DNA of 64,000 nt from Mustelus asterias (lineage: Eukaryota). The position numbers and the translations under genes are program-made. The stretch lies in NCBI RefSeq assembly GCF_964213995.1, contig NC_135808.1, positions 99,510,001-99,574,000 of the forward strand, given 5' to 3'. Position 1 is the stretch's first letter, and each line of letters begins with the position of its first letter. Positions 62,466 to 64,000 of this stretch are shown here, piece after piece. Below the pieces are notes generated by a model, which was given only the letters and a program-made list of their open reading frames with translations, was not told the DNA's origin and ran no database searches.

Positions 62466-62822
62466 GGCCGCGCGGGGCGCTGTGAGCGGGATGTCTGCCC
62501 GGCCGCGCGGGGCGCTGTGAGCGGGATATCTGCTCGGCCGCGGGGGGCGCTGTGAGCGGGATGTCTGCCCGGCCGGAGGGGGCGCTGTGAGCGGGATGTC
62601 TGCCCGGCCGGAGGGGGCGCTGTGAGCGGGATGTCTGCCCGGCCGGAGGGGGCGCTGTGAGCGGGATGTCTGCCCGGCCGCGGGGGGGGCGCTGTGAGCG
62701 GGATGTCTGCCCGGCCGGAGGGGGCGCTGTGAGCGGGATGTCTGCCCGGCCGGAGGGGGCGCTGTGAGCGGGATGTCTGCCCGGCCGCGGGGGGGCGCTG
62801 TGAGCGGGATGTCTGCCCAGCC
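62466..62822. repeat. GC-rich minisatellite, about 35-bp unit, 10 copies
   Basis: Unit ggccggagggggcgctgtgagcgggatgtctgccc, with variation in the G run. Confidence 0.95.
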
Positions 62823-62886
62823 GGGGGTGGGGGGGGGCTCTCCATCGAGCTCTGACTAAGGTGCCGCCTTGCCTGCCGGGATTGCA

Positions 62887-63016
62887 ATGGCGAACCGGAC
62901 GGTGAAAGATGCTCATAGCATTCATGGGACCAACCCGCAGTATTTGATCGAGAAAATCATCCGCACCCGTATCTACGAGTCCAAGTACTGGAAGGAAGAA
63001 TGTTTCGGGCTGACAG
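62887..63016 (+). CDS. PRPF38A: Pre-mRNA splicing factor 38A, coding exon 1
   Basis: MANRTVKDAHSIHGTNPQYLIEKIIRTRIYESKYWKEECFGLT, the characteristic PRP38A N-terminus; donor ACAG|GTAGAG; divergent from ORC1. Confidence 0.95.
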
Positions 63017-63411
63017 GTAGAGGATGGAGGATGAAACACAGCTTTAGAGTATGATTGTGGTTGAGGCCTGGGCCTCTTGCCAGGACAGTAACCGCTTCTC
63101 TATGGTCTGTTATGGACTCGAACAGCCACTCGGTTACAGCGATGGCTTTTCATATTCCCAGCAGAAACCTTGACCTGTTCTGGTTCGGGAGTAGAGGTCG
63201 CAATGCTGTTCGTTGCTTTCCAGCTAGTTTTGGATTTCAACAAAAAGAATTAAACTGGTTGTCGAACTTGAATGTGAAGACAGAGAGATTTTATAGTCTG
63301 TCTGTGTGGAGTCTGCATGTTCTCCCCGTGTCTGCATGGGTTTCCTCCAGTTGCTCTGATTTCCTTCCACAGTCTGAAAGATGCAAAATATTAGTTGAAT
63401 GCCTCCCCTGA

Positions 63412-63706
63412 TTGGCACGGTGGTGCAGTGGTTAGCACTGCTGTCTCAGTGCCAGTGACCCAGGTTCGATTCCCAACTTGGGTCACTGTCTGTGCAGAGT
63501 CTGCATATTCTCCCCGTGTCTGTGTGGGTTTCCTCCTGCTGCTCCGGTTTCCTCCCACAGTCCAAAAGATGTACTAGTTAGGTGCACTGGTCGTGCTCAG
63601 TGTACCCGAACAGGTGCCGGGATGTGGTGACTAGGACGTTTTCACAGTAACTTCATTGCAGTGTTAATGTAAGCCTACTTGTGACTAATAAATAAACTTT
63701 AACTTT
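63412..63706 (+). mobile_element. HE1-like V-SINE (tail B) in PRPF38A intron 1
   Basis: Intact head; tail gtgactaataaataaactttaactt. Confidence 0.88.
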
Positions 63707-64000
63707 GAGAGATTTTATAGTAAGAGTGAGATTTCATTCTTTTAACATCAACATAGCCTCAAAATAATGTTGACAGCATGGGTGGAAACCGTTTGACAAT
63801 AGTAGAAAAGGAGGCATAGATAGGTTAGCAGAATGGGCAAATATTTGGACAGTGTAATTTAATTAGGTTGTGTGAGTTAGTACATTTTGTGAAGAAAAAT
63901 GAGGAATTACATAATTAGCAAGGTGCTATACGGAATCATTATCAAATTTTAAAATTGAGCCACATGAGAGATTAGGGCAGGTGACCATAAGCTTTGGCAA

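Larger units (their letters stand above)
62146..62886. promoter_or_regulatory. Bidirectional CpG-rich promoter region of ORC1 and PRPF38A
   Basis: About 740 bp of GC/CpG-rich DNA between divergent ATGs, with GC boxes and an E2F motif. Confidence 0.8.

Noticed and set aside
62466-62822. CRISPR-like regular spacing
   Set aside because: Head-to-tail tandem units with no unique spacers, in vertebrate DNA with no cas genes.
62437-63039. 200-aa and 148-aa repetitive ORFs on the minus strand
   Set aside because: They are translations of the 35-bp minisatellite, antisense to PRPF38A, with no coding evidence.

Overview
Vertebrate genomic DNA, most likely a shark or other cartilaginous fish, judged from abundant HE1-type V-SINEs and HER1/CR1 LINEs. 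It holds the gene block CC2D1B (minus strand, first 10 coding exons, running off the left edge), ORC1 (minus strand, complete, 16 coding exons, about 895 aa) and PRPF38A (plus strand, first exon, head-to-head with ORC1). I read all exon boundaries by hand; each has GT..AG sites and the phases are consistent. The introns are full of CR1, L2-like, Rex1/Babar, RTE and Penelope-like retroelements, tRNA-derived SINEs and DNA-transposon derivatives. The most notable observations are: (1) a full-length, intronless, disabled RASL11-family small GTPase gene between ORC1 and CC2D1B that the ORF track does not show; (2) a pogo/Tigger deletion derivative in an ORC1 intron that keeps a Kozak-started 107-aa ORF ending in a PCNA-binding PIP box; (3) Penelope-like fragments with minimal hammerhead ribozymes in long inverted repeats; (4) a GC-rich 35-bp minisatellite and an E2F site in the ORC1/PRPF38A bidirectional promoter; (5) two SINE subfamilies with the same head but different LINE-like tails. 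Repeat boundaries are approximate. Family names come from motif recall, not from database searches.
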